58,133 nucleotides of DNA from assembly GCA_964567125.1 (NCBI GenBank), contig CAZMLC010000003.1, positions 1 to 58,133 of the forward strand, read 5' to 3'. Both the position numbers and the translations under genes were made by a program. The stretch's first letter is position 1. Each line of letters begins with the position of its first letter. The stretch comes from an uncultured Akkermansia sp. GTDB lineage: Bacteria > Verrucomicrobiota > Kiritimatiellia > RFP12 > UBA1067. Shown here piece by piece: positions 1-8,072 of this stretch. The notes under the pieces are model-generated. The model ran no database searches. It worked only from the letters and a program-made list of their open reading frames with translations, and was not told where the DNA came from.

Positions 1-230
1 GGATCGATAAAATACAAGCGTGCTGGCAGGCTCACAGCCATCGGATACGAGGTTCCGTAACAATCGTAGATCGTACCGCGCAAGCCGAGGGTTTCGCTGT
101 TAAATTCCCACGCGATCTTGGAGTGATTGCCCAGATGCAGATAGGCCAGACGGCCGATCAGGCCGAGTAACCCGAAAAGGAGAACGAGCGCCACAGCCGC
201 AATCCGGTAGAGCATTCCACGTTCTTTCAT
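1..230 (-). CDS. ftsI: Class B penicillin-binding protein / FtsI, N-terminal fragment (runs off the window)
   Basis: Open-ended, so not in the ORF track. The minus-strand ATG at 230 gives MKERGMLYRIAAVALVLLFGLLGLIGRLAYLHLGN...LRGTIYDCYGTSYPMAVSLPARLYFID. This is a TM anchor followed by the RG-I-D-x-G-x-x-A-x-S motif typical of FtsI/PBP2 N-termini. It lies 29 nt downstream of ftsL, in dcw order. Confidence 0.6.
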   Translation of the reverse strand, partial: MKERGMLYRIAAVALVLLFGLLGLIGRLAYLHLGNHSKIAWEFNSETLGLRGTIYDCYGTSYPMAVSLPARLYFID

Positions 231-259
231 GACAACGGACTCCCTTCCCCAAGTCCGGG

Positions 260-652
260 CTAGCGTGGGTTCTGTACGACGCGCGTTGTGTTTTCAGCAA
301 GGCGTTTCAGACGGGCCACCGCAAGTTGATCAGGCGCAACGCTGCCCTTCGTATCCAGGCGAACAATCTGCGTAGCGGCAGGATAATCCATGGCGAGACC
401 ATGGCGTTGAAGCGTCGTCCGGAGACTCTCCGGCGTCTTCTTTTCATCCCAGCGGCTCTGTTCGCGGATACGCTCGTTTTCCAGACGCTTGTACGCGATG
501 TCCTGCCGGTTGATTTCCTGACTGAGCAGGGTGCATTTCGTGTCGATAAACCAATAGGCAAGCGTCAGAAAAACAAAGACGACGAACGGGGCGATCATCT
601 TTTTCGGCATGATCTCCCACTTAAGATGGTGGCGTTTACGATTTCTTCTCAT
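260..652 (-). CDS. ftsL: FtsL-like cell division protein (single TM plus coiled coil)
   Basis: The ORF-track frame 260..859 is over-extended into rsmH. Plausible starts are ATG 652 (MRRNRKRHHLKWEIMPKK...) or ATG 610 (MPKKMIAPFVVFVFLTLAYWFI...). It is a small bitopic protein with a heptad-like region, sitting between rsmH and ftsI. Confidence 0.55.
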   Translation of the reverse strand: MRRNRKRHHLKWEIMPKKMIAPFVVFVFLTLAYWFIDTKCTLLSQEINRQDIAYKRLENERIREQSRWDEKKTPESLRTTLQRHGLAMDYPAATQIVRLDTKGSVAPDQLAVARLKRLAENTTRVVQNPR

Positions 653-1652
653 GGTTGAATTCCTTTTTGTTCCGTTGTTCCGGAACCTCACACCGTTGCA
701 CGACGCGCAATTTCGCGGAGCGTGCACGCGGGTTGTTCTGTAATTCCTCTTCACTCGCTTCAACGGGGTGCCGCGTAATGTGCTGCGCGGCCGGCTCCTC
801 GCCGATCCAGCGCTCCCCCCCCTGTTGGAGGGATTGCCATTTACCCACATGCGACGCAAAGTGGTGTTTCACAATTCGATCGGTCAGACTCTCGAATGTG
901 ATCACCGCCATCCGTCCACCGGGTTTCAAGATCTGCAGCCCGTCTTCGAGTGCGCGTTCTAAATCCTCAATTTCATGGTTTACCGCCATCCGGAGCGCTT
1001 GAAAGACGCGCGTCGCCGGATGCCTCGGACCGCCTTTGCGTCCGACAGCCTGCGCCACGATCTCGGCCAGTTGGGCCGTCGTGGTGATCGCTTCCCGTGC
1101 GCGCGCACGCTCAATCGCCTGGGCGATGCGCCGTGCCTGCGGCTCTTCTCCGAGCCGCCTGAAAATCTCCGTGAGCGTCGCCGCGTCCGCCTGCGCAATC
1201 ACCGTGGCCGCTGACTCTCCCTGGGTCTGATCCATCCGCATATCGAGCGGACCTTCAAAGCGGAAGCTGAACCCGCGCTCCGGCGTGTCGAGCTGATCCG
1301 ACGAGACCCCCAAGTCCAACAAAATCCCATCCACGGCCTCAAAGCCGTTCGCTTCAGCCAGGGCGCGGAGGTTACCGTGTGCGCCCTGCACCAGCGTGGC
1401 CTGGCCCGGTACTGCGGCGAGGCGCAGCCGCGAACGCGCCAGCGCGGCGCAGTCGCGATCAATCCCCAGCAGCCGTCCCGTTGCGCCCGCGCGTGCGAGA
1501 ATCGCAGCAGCGTGGCCCGCGCTACCCAGCGTACCATCGATATAGCTTCCACCTGCAACGACAGCCAATGCCGAAACCGTCTCCTCCAGCAGGACAGAGC
1601 AGTGACTCGTTTCGAGACGAGTCTCGTTTCCCGGCATCGCGCATTCCTTCAT
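636..1652 (-). CDS. rsmH: 16S rRNA (cytosine1402-N4)-methyltransferase RsmH (MraW)
   Basis: HCSVLLEETV...GGSYIDGTLGSAGHA...LLDLGVSSDQLD...GFSF motifs. AAGGGGAG Shine-Dalgarno 6 nt before the ATG at 1652. Follows mraZ. Confidence 0.93.
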   Translation of the reverse strand: MKECAMPGNETRLETSHCSVLLEETVSALAVVAGGSYIDGTLGSAGHAAAILARAGATGRLLGIDRDCAALARSRLRLAAVPGQATLVQGAHGNLRALAEANGFEAVDGILLDLGVSSDQLDTPERGFSFRFEGPLDMRMDQTQGESAATVIAQADAATLTEIFRRLGEEPQARRIAQAIERARAREAITTTAQLAEIVAQAVGRKGGPRHPATRVFQALRMAVNHEIEDLERALEDGLQILKPGGRMAVITFESLTDRIVKHHFASHVGKWQSLQQGGERWIGEEPAAQHITRHPVEASEEELQNNPRARSAKLRVVQRCEVPEQRNKKEFNHEKKS

Positions 1653-1673
1653 CAGCAGCTCCCCTTTGCACCC

Positions 1674-2153
1674 TTAAAACAGCAAAGTCTCGCATGCCTC
1701 TGCCAGCGTTGCCTGATCCACGGTCTTCTCTTCCGGACGGAGCGACAACGACCAGATCTGAATCCGGTTGAGCGCGCCGATCATCACGACTGTCTCCTCG
1801 ATCTTGGCAAACTGCAGCAGCTTGTCCTTAATCCGGATACGCCCCTGAACATCCACCGAAACCTGCTCGGCATTCTCGCCGATGATCCGGTAGGCCTGTC
1901 CAGCGGACTTATCAAACAATGCCCGCTGGCGCAGCTTATCGAGCCGCGCCTCCATCTCACCCGGCGGAATCAGGTTCAGACAGGGCAGATGGGGATCCGG
2001 CATGATATAGACAGAGTCCGGCTTACGCATCAGATCGCGCCACGTCGCGGGGATCGTGAATCGCCGCTTGGGATCCATTGCGTAGTCATATCGCCCAACC
2101 AGAAAACCCGAGGTTGCAGACGCATTATTACTCTGTTCTTTACCAGCAGACAT
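1674..2153 (-). CDS. mraZ: Transcriptional regulator MraZ
   Basis: FLVGRYDYAMDPKRRFTIPATWRD and a second ...GRIRIKDKLLQFA SpoVT/AbrB-like half. The ATG at 2153 has a GAAGG SD; the ORF-track start at 2183 is a GTG with no SD. Confidence 0.88.
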   Translation of the reverse strand: MSAGKEQSNNASATSGFLVGRYDYAMDPKRRFTIPATWRDLMRKPDSVYIMPDPHLPCLNLIPPGEMEARLDKLRQRALFDKSAGQAYRIIGENAEQVSVDVQGRIRIKDKLLQFAKIEETVVMIGALNRIQIWSLSLRPEEKTVDQATLAEACETLLF

Positions 2154-2295
2154 ACTTTGCCTTCTCTTGACCTTATTAAACACCTCTTGCCACCAAGCGT
2201 CAATACGAAATGTAGAAAAAATGTAAAAAAAGGGGAATGTTGGTAAAAAAATCCAGATTTAAGGAAAAAAACAGATTTTTAAAGCGAAAATGATG

Positions 2296-2336
2296 CAAAA
2301 ATAGTAAAACCGCCACATGCGACACGCATGTGGCGG
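2296..2336 (-). terminator. Rho-independent terminator after giant protein A
   Basis: Perfect 11-bp stem CCGCCACATGC (2310-2320) / GCATGTGGCGG (2326-2336) with a 5-nt loop. On the minus strand it is followed by TTTTACTATTTTTG. Lies 24 nt past the stop at 2360. Confidence 0.75.
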
Positions 2337-2359
2337 CTGAACGCGGTCGTGCGGCTACG

Positions 2360-5300
2360 TTAGCGCAGCAGGATGATCGAACCCTTCGGCTTGACGTCCA
2401 GCTGACCTTGGCCGGAAATAAAGGCTGGGCAGGTCGTACTGTTCAGGAGTCCGATATAGGCTCGACCATTATAACGCACAGTATCGACCTGAAGCGTACC
2501 GATATAATTCAGCTCCAGAACCGCATTCGAAGCGACTTCGATCGTCAAGGCTTGGGGTATTTCGGGAAGGTGCAGCGTACTGGCCTCGACCTTTTCGATG
2601 CTGACGTTGTCGATCATGGCGTTACAATCGTTGCCCGGGAACGTAGTGCCAACCGCCATGCCCTGAAGTCCGAAGGTGTAGGTGCCAGCTTGTTTAACCT
2701 CAAAATAAAGCTCATTGCGGACAAAGTTGGTGTGATCAACGCGGCTCCAGCCCAGCACGTTGGTGATACCCTCGCGGGCGAGCCAGGCGCGTACGGGATT
2801 GTGACCATAGGAATTTGCATCGCCCAGATGCACGCGGTTGGCTGCATGGTAGTTCAGCCGGTAGGAGCCGCTTTGCGGGAAGGTGATGTCCTGGACTGCG
2901 GCACCCGCCTGCACGAGGAGGAGGCAGCGTGCGCCGTCAAAGAAGTCGTAGGTATAGAATTGCGGATCCTGCGCATAGGGACGAATGTAGGCCGTCATTT
3001 TCGGCATGCCGTTGGTGTTGAATCGATAGGACCAGTTGGCATTGCTCTCAAAGCCGCCGTTCTTGATGATCGGTGCATCGCTGGCAGCGACCAAGCGCAC
3101 GTTGTCGATGAGCATCGCGCCGGTGTTGCTCTGGCCCTCTACCGTCAGCGTGACCGTCTGCACCGCGGTATTCGTGATCAGGATGGGGAGCGTCTGCCGC
3201 TGATAAATCGAACCAACCGGCACGAACGATCCAAGGGTGATGGTGCCTTCATTCATCTGCATGGAGGCCGTCGCGGTTTGATACTGCGAATCGGTGATGT
3301 TGAATGCCGTGCTGTTCCAGTTACAGACATCCGCGCTCAGCTCGTAGGTGCCGACAGGCAGATGGAACGTCGCGCGTGCGAGGCCGTGACGCCGGAGCAC
3401 AAGGCTGTTGTTTCCCTCGATCTGAGGATTGAAATAGGTGCTTCCCTGTGACGCGATGGCCGCAAAGTTAGTGCCGTTGACCGTGCTTTCGAGCTGCCAG
3501 CCGACCGCATTGTTCCGGTTGGTCTCCAAGCTGCTCCGCGCGGTAGAAAAGGCGAGCCGTTCGAACGCGCCATTGAACGCGACGGAGTCTGCCAGCGGCG
3601 TTGTTGAAATCAACTTCACCTGAAGGTTGTCCAGCGTTGAAAGCTTGTCGTTACCCTCCACGATGCTCTCAAAGAGCAACGTATGATTTCCAGCAGTAAG
3701 CCAGGGCAGCCGCACGCGCCGCAGAACATAGGGTGATGTGCCGATCGTTTGCAGCGTGGCCACGCGGTTGGTGGTCGCACCCTCCACGAGGCAAACGTCA
3801 AACATGTGGCCGCTGTAGCCGCTGCTACGGCCCGAGGTATAGAAGGAGAGTTCATAAATGCCGGAAGCTGGTACGGTCAAGGTTGTCCAGGCGGAAGCAT
3901 CGCGCTTGAGCGCTAAGACCTGATTGCCTTCGGGCGCATCGTAGTCGCACGGCCAGCGCTGATCCGTCGCGGCGGCCCTGTTGAAAATGAAGACCCCGCT
4001 ATCGGCGCCCGCCGCGACGTTGGTCCAATTGGCTTGCCAGCCATGCAAATCGGTTCCGCGCGTAAACATGGTGCGGTTGATCGTGTACTGGGTCTGTTCA
4101 AATCCAGGATTCGGGAGGCTACCGTAAATCGTGGCGGCGCACTGCGTATTGGTCTCAATCGCGGCAAGGCTGACGCGGCCCGTTTCGATCGTGAGCGTGC
4201 TGATGGTCTCAGGAATCGTGCTGAGCCAAAGCGTCTGATCACCTGTTTTGGCGAGCGCCGTGGGGCTACCCGCGCGTTCGATGCTGACCCCGGCCGTTGT
4301 TGCGGCGATGCGCTGTCCGCCCTCAGTGAGCGCAAGACGCATCGGCTGATAGGGCACTACGGTTCCCTGCTGAAGCGCGACATTGCCGCTGAAACGCGTC
4401 AGCGCACTGTTGTCGCGCAGCAGCAGCGTTCCTGCGCCTGTCTTCGCGAGTTGCGCTGCGCCATCGACCATGAGCGCCTGCTGCACGTTCGTCGCGATGG
4501 TAACCGCGAGCGCGGTGCGTTCAGCGGTGCGGATACGCGGATAGAATGCGACCTGGTTGGTGGTCCATTTCTGCAGCAGGTAATACTGAACGGAGAGACG
4601 TTCTGCCTCGCTGAGCTTGTTCGTGAAGATCACGGCTTCGCAAAGATAATCACCGCCGACACGGACACCTGCAAAGGTGATGCTGCGGTCATTGAAGAAG
4701 TTCGAAGCGTGCGCGGTCAAGGTATGCAGAGCGGTCTCCAGCAGCTGCCATCCGCGCTTCGGAAACGTCACGGTGCCATCAATGCGGCTGCCATCCAGAT
4801 AGGTGCGTCCACTGCGCACAGCGGTCGTGCTCCACTCGGTGTTGTGCCAGATGAATTGATTGGTGGCGCCGCCGGTGTAATCTTGAATGTGAAAATCCGG
4901 ATCGTTGCTGTGCGACCCCAACACAAACCCGTAACTGTTTGAGACGCCATGGACCACAAAGGTATGGTAGATCTTGGTAATGTTGGCCAGCGTGTTGCTC
5001 GGCGTCATCCATTTCATGGTGCGCAGCGAACGATATCCGCCAAACCAAAGCGTCGGCATGGAAGCCGTCGGTCCCGCGCTGAACTGCACCTCCGGGTAGA
5101 GGTTCGTAAAGGTGGTGTCCGCATCGGCGCGCACGTATGCGTAGGGCGCGGTCAGCGTGGTTTCGCGCGCATCCAGCCAGTTCTTCGCATACGTGATGCC
5201 ATTGGATTCGACCGTGATGACGTTCTTCGTGGCATCGACCCAGAACGCGGCCTGCGCCAGAACCTGCGTAGGAACCGCAACGCGCAGATTGGCGGAAACC

Positions 5301-5578
5301 GTGCGGTGATCCAGCGCAAGCGTCCCACCGCGGAGCGCAATTTCGCCCGACTGGATGAGAAGGTTCGAGGTCGCCAGCGCCAACGCTCCTGCTCCCATTT
5401 TGTTGAACTGCCCCTCGTTGATGATCAGGGCGTCCGCAAGATTGGTCGTCGTGTTTTCATCGACTGTCAATGATGTGGTTTCATCCAGCCCGACCGTAAT
5501 CGCCGCGCCCAGGCGAATGGCGCTGAGAAAAGCAATGCCCATAATTAAAATCGCGCGCAGAGATGTACAGTGCTGCAT
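2360..5578 (-). CDS. Giant secreted protein A: signal peptide, autotransporter-associated beta-strand (PATR) repeats, LamG/ConA-like domain, about four DUF642/CBM-like beta-sandwich modules
   Basis: Probable start MQHCTSLRAILIMGIAFLSAIRLGAA (ATG 5578, GGGAG SD). The ORF-track start 5644 adds 22 aa in front of the signal peptide. PATR-like segments: FNKMGAGALALATSNLL..GGTLAL, LAKTGAGTLLLRDNS. Repeated modules start N-G-x-FE. The protein ends ...KPKGSIILLR. Confidence 0.85.
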   Translation of the reverse strand: MQHCTSLRAILIMGIAFLSAIRLGAAITVGLDETTSLTVDENTTTNLADALIINEGQFNKMGAGALALATSNLLIQSGEIALRGGTLALDHRTVSANLRVAVPTQVLAQAAFWVDATKNVITVESNGITYAKNWLDARETTLTAPYAYVRADADTTFTNLYPEVQFSAGPTASMPTLWFGGYRSLRTMKWMTPSNTLANITKIYHTFVVHGVSNSYGFVLGSHSNDPDFHIQDYTGGATNQFIWHNTEWSTTAVRSGRTYLDGSRIDGTVTFPKRGWQLLETALHTLTAHASNFFNDRSITFAGVRVGGDYLCEAVIFTNKLSEAERLSVQYYLLQKWTTNQVAFYPRIRTAERTALAVTIATNVQQALMVDGAAQLAKTGAGTLLLRDNSALTRFSGNVALQQGTVVPYQPMRLALTEGGQRIAATTAGVSIERAGSPTALAKTGDQTLWLSTIPETISTLTIETGRVSLAAIETNTQCAATIYGSLPNPGFEQTQYTINRTMFTRGTDLHGWQANWTNVAAGADSGVFIFNRAAATDQRWPCDYDAPEGNQVLALKRDASAWTTLTVPASGIYELSFYTSGRSSGYSGHMFDVCLVEGATTNRVATLQTIGTSPYVLRRVRLPWLTAGNHTLLFESIVEGNDKLSTLDNLQVKLISTTPLADSVAFNGAFERLAFSTARSSLETNRNNAVGWQLESTVNGTNFAAIASQGSTYFNPQIEGNNSLVLRRHGLARATFHLPVGTYELSADVCNWNSTAFNITDSQYQTATASMQMNEGTITLGSFVPVGSIYQRQTLPILITNTAVQTVTLTVEGQSNTGAMLIDNVRLVAASDAPIIKNGGFESNANWSYRFNTNGMPKMTAYIRPYAQDPQFYTYDFFDGARCLLLVQAGAAVQDITFPQSGSYRLNYHAANRVHLGDANSYGHNPVRAWLAREGITNVLGWSRVDHTNFVRNELYFEVKQAGTYTFGLQGMAVGTTFPGNDCNAMIDNVSIEKVEASTLHLPEIPQALTIEVASNAVLELNYIGTLQVDTVRYNGRAYIGLLNSTTCPAFISGQGQLDVKPKGSIILLR

Positions 5579-5720
5579 TGTATTGACTCCCACGTGTATG
5601 TTGTTTGAGGCGCATATACTGAGTGTGTTGATACCAACCACCATGCATCTTTTTTATCCTCTACGGACTACGTAAACGCCGAACACACTTATCGATACGC
5701 ACCACACATTAACCATGTAA

Positions 5721-5749
5721 ACTATATCATGGACAAAAAATACCGTCAA
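5721..5749 (-). promoter_or_regulatory. Sigma70-type promoter for giant protein A (TTGACG-17 nt-TATAGT, extended -10 TGa)
   Basis: The minus strand reads TTGACGgtattttttgtccaTGaTATAGT. -35 is at 5749-5744 and -10 at 5726-5721, giving a leader of about 135 nt to ATG 5578. Confidence 0.5.
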
Positions 5750-5862
5750 TGTTTCGCTGTTTTACCGGATGTTTTCAATGGCTTTTGACACCACTCCACT
5801 ATTTTAACGACATCGTTGCTGCGCTATACTGAATGGACGCCGAAAAGGAGAAGCGTTTTGCG

Positions 5863-6726
5863 ATGAAGTATATCGATCCCGTATTCCGTCCGCCCGCTGA
5901 AGCGGAGAGTTTGATTTTCCAAGTGGCCTATGGCTGTCCGCACAATACCTGCCGTTTCTGCGGCATGTACAAAGGCGTAACCTATCGTCTGCGTCCGCAG
6001 GACGAGGTACTGCACGAGATCGCGGCGGCGGGCCTCGCCTATCCGGAGACGACGCGGGTCTTTCTGGCGGACGGCGATGTGATGTCGCTCCCTTTTGACC
6101 GGCTGCTGTGTTACCTCGATGCGATTTTAGCGGCGTTTCCGCGCATAGCGCGCATCGCCTGCTATGCCAATGGCAGCGCCATTCAGAATAAGACGGATGC
6201 GGAGCTGCAGGCGTTACGTGCGCGCAAGCTCGCCACGCTCTACCTAGGTCTTGAATCCGGCGCGCAATCCGTTCTGGATCTCTTTTCGAAGCGCGAATCC
6301 GTGGAGGCCATGATTGAAGCGGTGTTGCGTGCACAACGCATTGGTATGCGCTGCTCCGTCATGATCCTGTTGGGGCTCGGCGGCAACGCGTTGCGTGAGG
6401 AACACATCGCGCAGACCTGCACCGCACTCAACCGCATGCAGCCTAAACTGCTCTCCGCCTTGCGCATGATCGTGTTGCGCGGACTGCCCCTGCCCGCAGG
6501 ATTTGAACCCGTCACCGAATATGACGCCGTTGCGGAGTTGCGAGCCATCGTGGCCAGCCTTGAATTGAAACAGACCGTCTTCCGCGCCAACCACACGTCG
6601 AATCCCCTGCCGCTGGGTGGCCGGTTTCCTGCGGATCAGGCGCGCTTACTCGCGCAGCTCGATGCCGAGCTGGCCGCAGACCATCTGGATCGGAACGGCG
6701 CAGGGCCTACGCCGCTTTTTCTCTGA
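5863..6726 (+). CDS. Radical SAM protein with an Elp3-like CX4CX2C cluster motif (no GNAT or SPASM domain)
   Basis: YGCPHNTCRFCGMY (C-PHNT-C-RF-C) read directly from 5930-5968, followed by a TIM-barrel-like region (VFLADGD, LGLESG). ATG 5863 has an AAGGAG SD. ATG 5833 lies 2 nt after a TATACT -10-like box and is less likely. Confidence 0.8.
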   Translation: MKYIDPVFRPPAEAESLIFQVAYGCPHNTCRFCGMYKGVTYRLRPQDEVLHEIAAAGLAYPETTRVFLADGDVMSLPFDRLLCYLDAILAAFPRIARIACYANGSAIQNKTDAELQALRARKLATLYLGLESGAQSVLDLFSKRESVEAMIEAVLRAQRIGMRCSVMILLGLGGNALREEHIAQTCTALNRMQPKLLSALRMIVLRGLPLPAGFEPVTEYDAVAELRAIVASLELKQTVFRANHTSNPLPLGGRFPADQARLLAQLDAELAADHLDRNGAGPTPLFL

Positions 6727-8031
6727 TCACAGCGCCGTGAGCGCGGCCGCGTAGACGCTGCGCACGCTGACATTCTGCTGACGCGCAAGCGCGGCGCAGG
6801 CTTCATATTCCGGAGCGCGCGTAACGACGCGTCCGCGATAACGCCCGATCTTGACCGTCACTTCGCCATAGGCGGTCTGGACCTTCTGAATTTCGCGCGC
6901 CAATGCCTCGCGTTCCACCGTGTACGAACGGATCCCAAAAGTCGTAGTGCCTTCAAAAAGTGTTTGACGCAAAGCGGCCGCCTTCTCAGCATCGCACAGC
7001 ACGCTCAACAGAATACCGGCACGCCCCTTTTTCATCATGATCGGTACTTGCCAGACATCGCGTGCGCCCTGCTGCAGCAAGGTCTGCGTTACGTCAGCCG
7101 TGATCTCCGCGCTGCAATCATCGAGATTGGTTTCCAGCACGGTCAGGGTCTCCAGCGCAGACGCGCAGGGCAACGCCTCGCTCAGCGTCGCGCGCACCAC
7201 GTTCGGACGCTGCGTCAGCGTGCGCGAGCCAAAACCGAATGCGCTCTTGAGTGGGGTCAGCACAGCAGGCAGGGGAGCCAGCGTCTGCGTCCAGACGCGC
7301 AGCAGCGCTGCGCCAGTCGGCGTGACCAGCTCAAACGGTTCATCGGTCTGCACGACCAACATACCCGTCAGCAGCTCCTGCGTGGCAGGCGCGGGATTGG
7401 GCATCTCGCCATGCGCGCAGCGGATCGTCCCGCTACCGGACGGCAGAGGACCGCACGCAACGCCCTGTACTTCCAACTGCTCCAGCGCGATGCAGCAGCC
7501 CACAATATCGGCAATGGAATCCCAGGCCCCGACTTCGTGAAAGTGCACGGTTTCCGGCGTCTTGTTGTGAATCTTCGCCTCGGCCTCGGCCAGCGTGCGG
7601 AAGACGCGCAGTGCCAGCGTCCGCGTGGCAGGCGTGAGGGCTGCCCCATCCAACAGCGCGGCGATTTCGTTCAAGCCGCGATGGGCATGTTCATGCGCGT
7701 CATGCGTATGCCCATGATGCGCATGGCCGTGACTGTGCGCAGCGGGAACATCGTGATGATGATGGCCGTGGCCCTCTGCATGCTGATGGTGATGCGCATC
7801 GGGCCAGACCGCGGCATCGTGCGCCTCCGCATGCTCGGCATGGACCGTGACGCGGACACCATGCAAGCCGCTGGCTGAAGCCGATTCGCAATGGATATGG
7901 ATTTGCTGCGGAAGAAAAGCGTTGATCTGCTGTTCGATGGTCGGGGCGTCAGCACCGAGGGCGACGAGCGCGGAGAGCAGCATGTCGCCGCTGGCACCGC
8001 CGACGCTGTCAAAACGAAGGTATCGACTCAT
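6727..8031 (-). CDS. larC: Nickel-pincer cofactor nickel insertion protein LarC (DUF111 family) with a His-rich segment
   Basis: MSRYLRFDSVGGASGDMLLSALVALGAD N-terminus, His-rich stretch (HHHQHAEGHGHHHHD..HSHGHAHHGHTHDAHEHAH), HFHEVGAWDSIADIVG motif. Confidence 0.88.
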   Translation of the reverse strand: MSRYLRFDSVGGASGDMLLSALVALGADAPTIEQQINAFLPQQIHIHCESASASGLHGVRVTVHAEHAEAHDAAVWPDAHHHQHAEGHGHHHHDVPAAHSHGHAHHGHTHDAHEHAHRGLNEIAALLDGAALTPATRTLALRVFRTLAEAEAKIHNKTPETVHFHEVGAWDSIADIVGCCIALEQLEVQGVACGPLPSGSGTIRCAHGEMPNPAPATQELLTGMLVVQTDEPFELVTPTGAALLRVWTQTLAPLPAVLTPLKSAFGFGSRTLTQRPNVVRATLSEALPCASALETLTVLETNLDDCSAEITADVTQTLLQQGARDVWQVPIMMKKGRAGILLSVLCDAEKAAALRQTLFEGTTTFGIRSYTVEREALAREIQKVQTAYGEVTVKIGRYRGRVVTRAPEYEACAALARQQNVSVRSVYAAALTAL

Positions 8032-8072
8032 GATATTCTCTCCCGCATCGCGCGGTGGCGCGCAGACGTTAT

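Noticed and set aside
5729-5788. A 19-codon ORF (MDKKYRQCFAVLPDVFNGF) just upstream of the radical SAM gene, considered as a possible RiPP precursor.
   Set aside because: It has no Shine-Dalgarno sequence and overlaps the well-formed minus-strand promoter of protein A. The radical SAM enzyme lacks SPASM or RRE domains, and no peptidase or transporter is adjacent. It is most likely a chance ORF in an AT-rich promoter region.
7671-7851. A His-rich, low-complexity coding stretch (CAT/CAC-rich on the minus strand), considered as a repeat expansion or artefact.
   Set aside because: His-rich segments are a normal feature of LarC-family nickel insertases. The reading frame is intact and the flanking LarC motifs are present.
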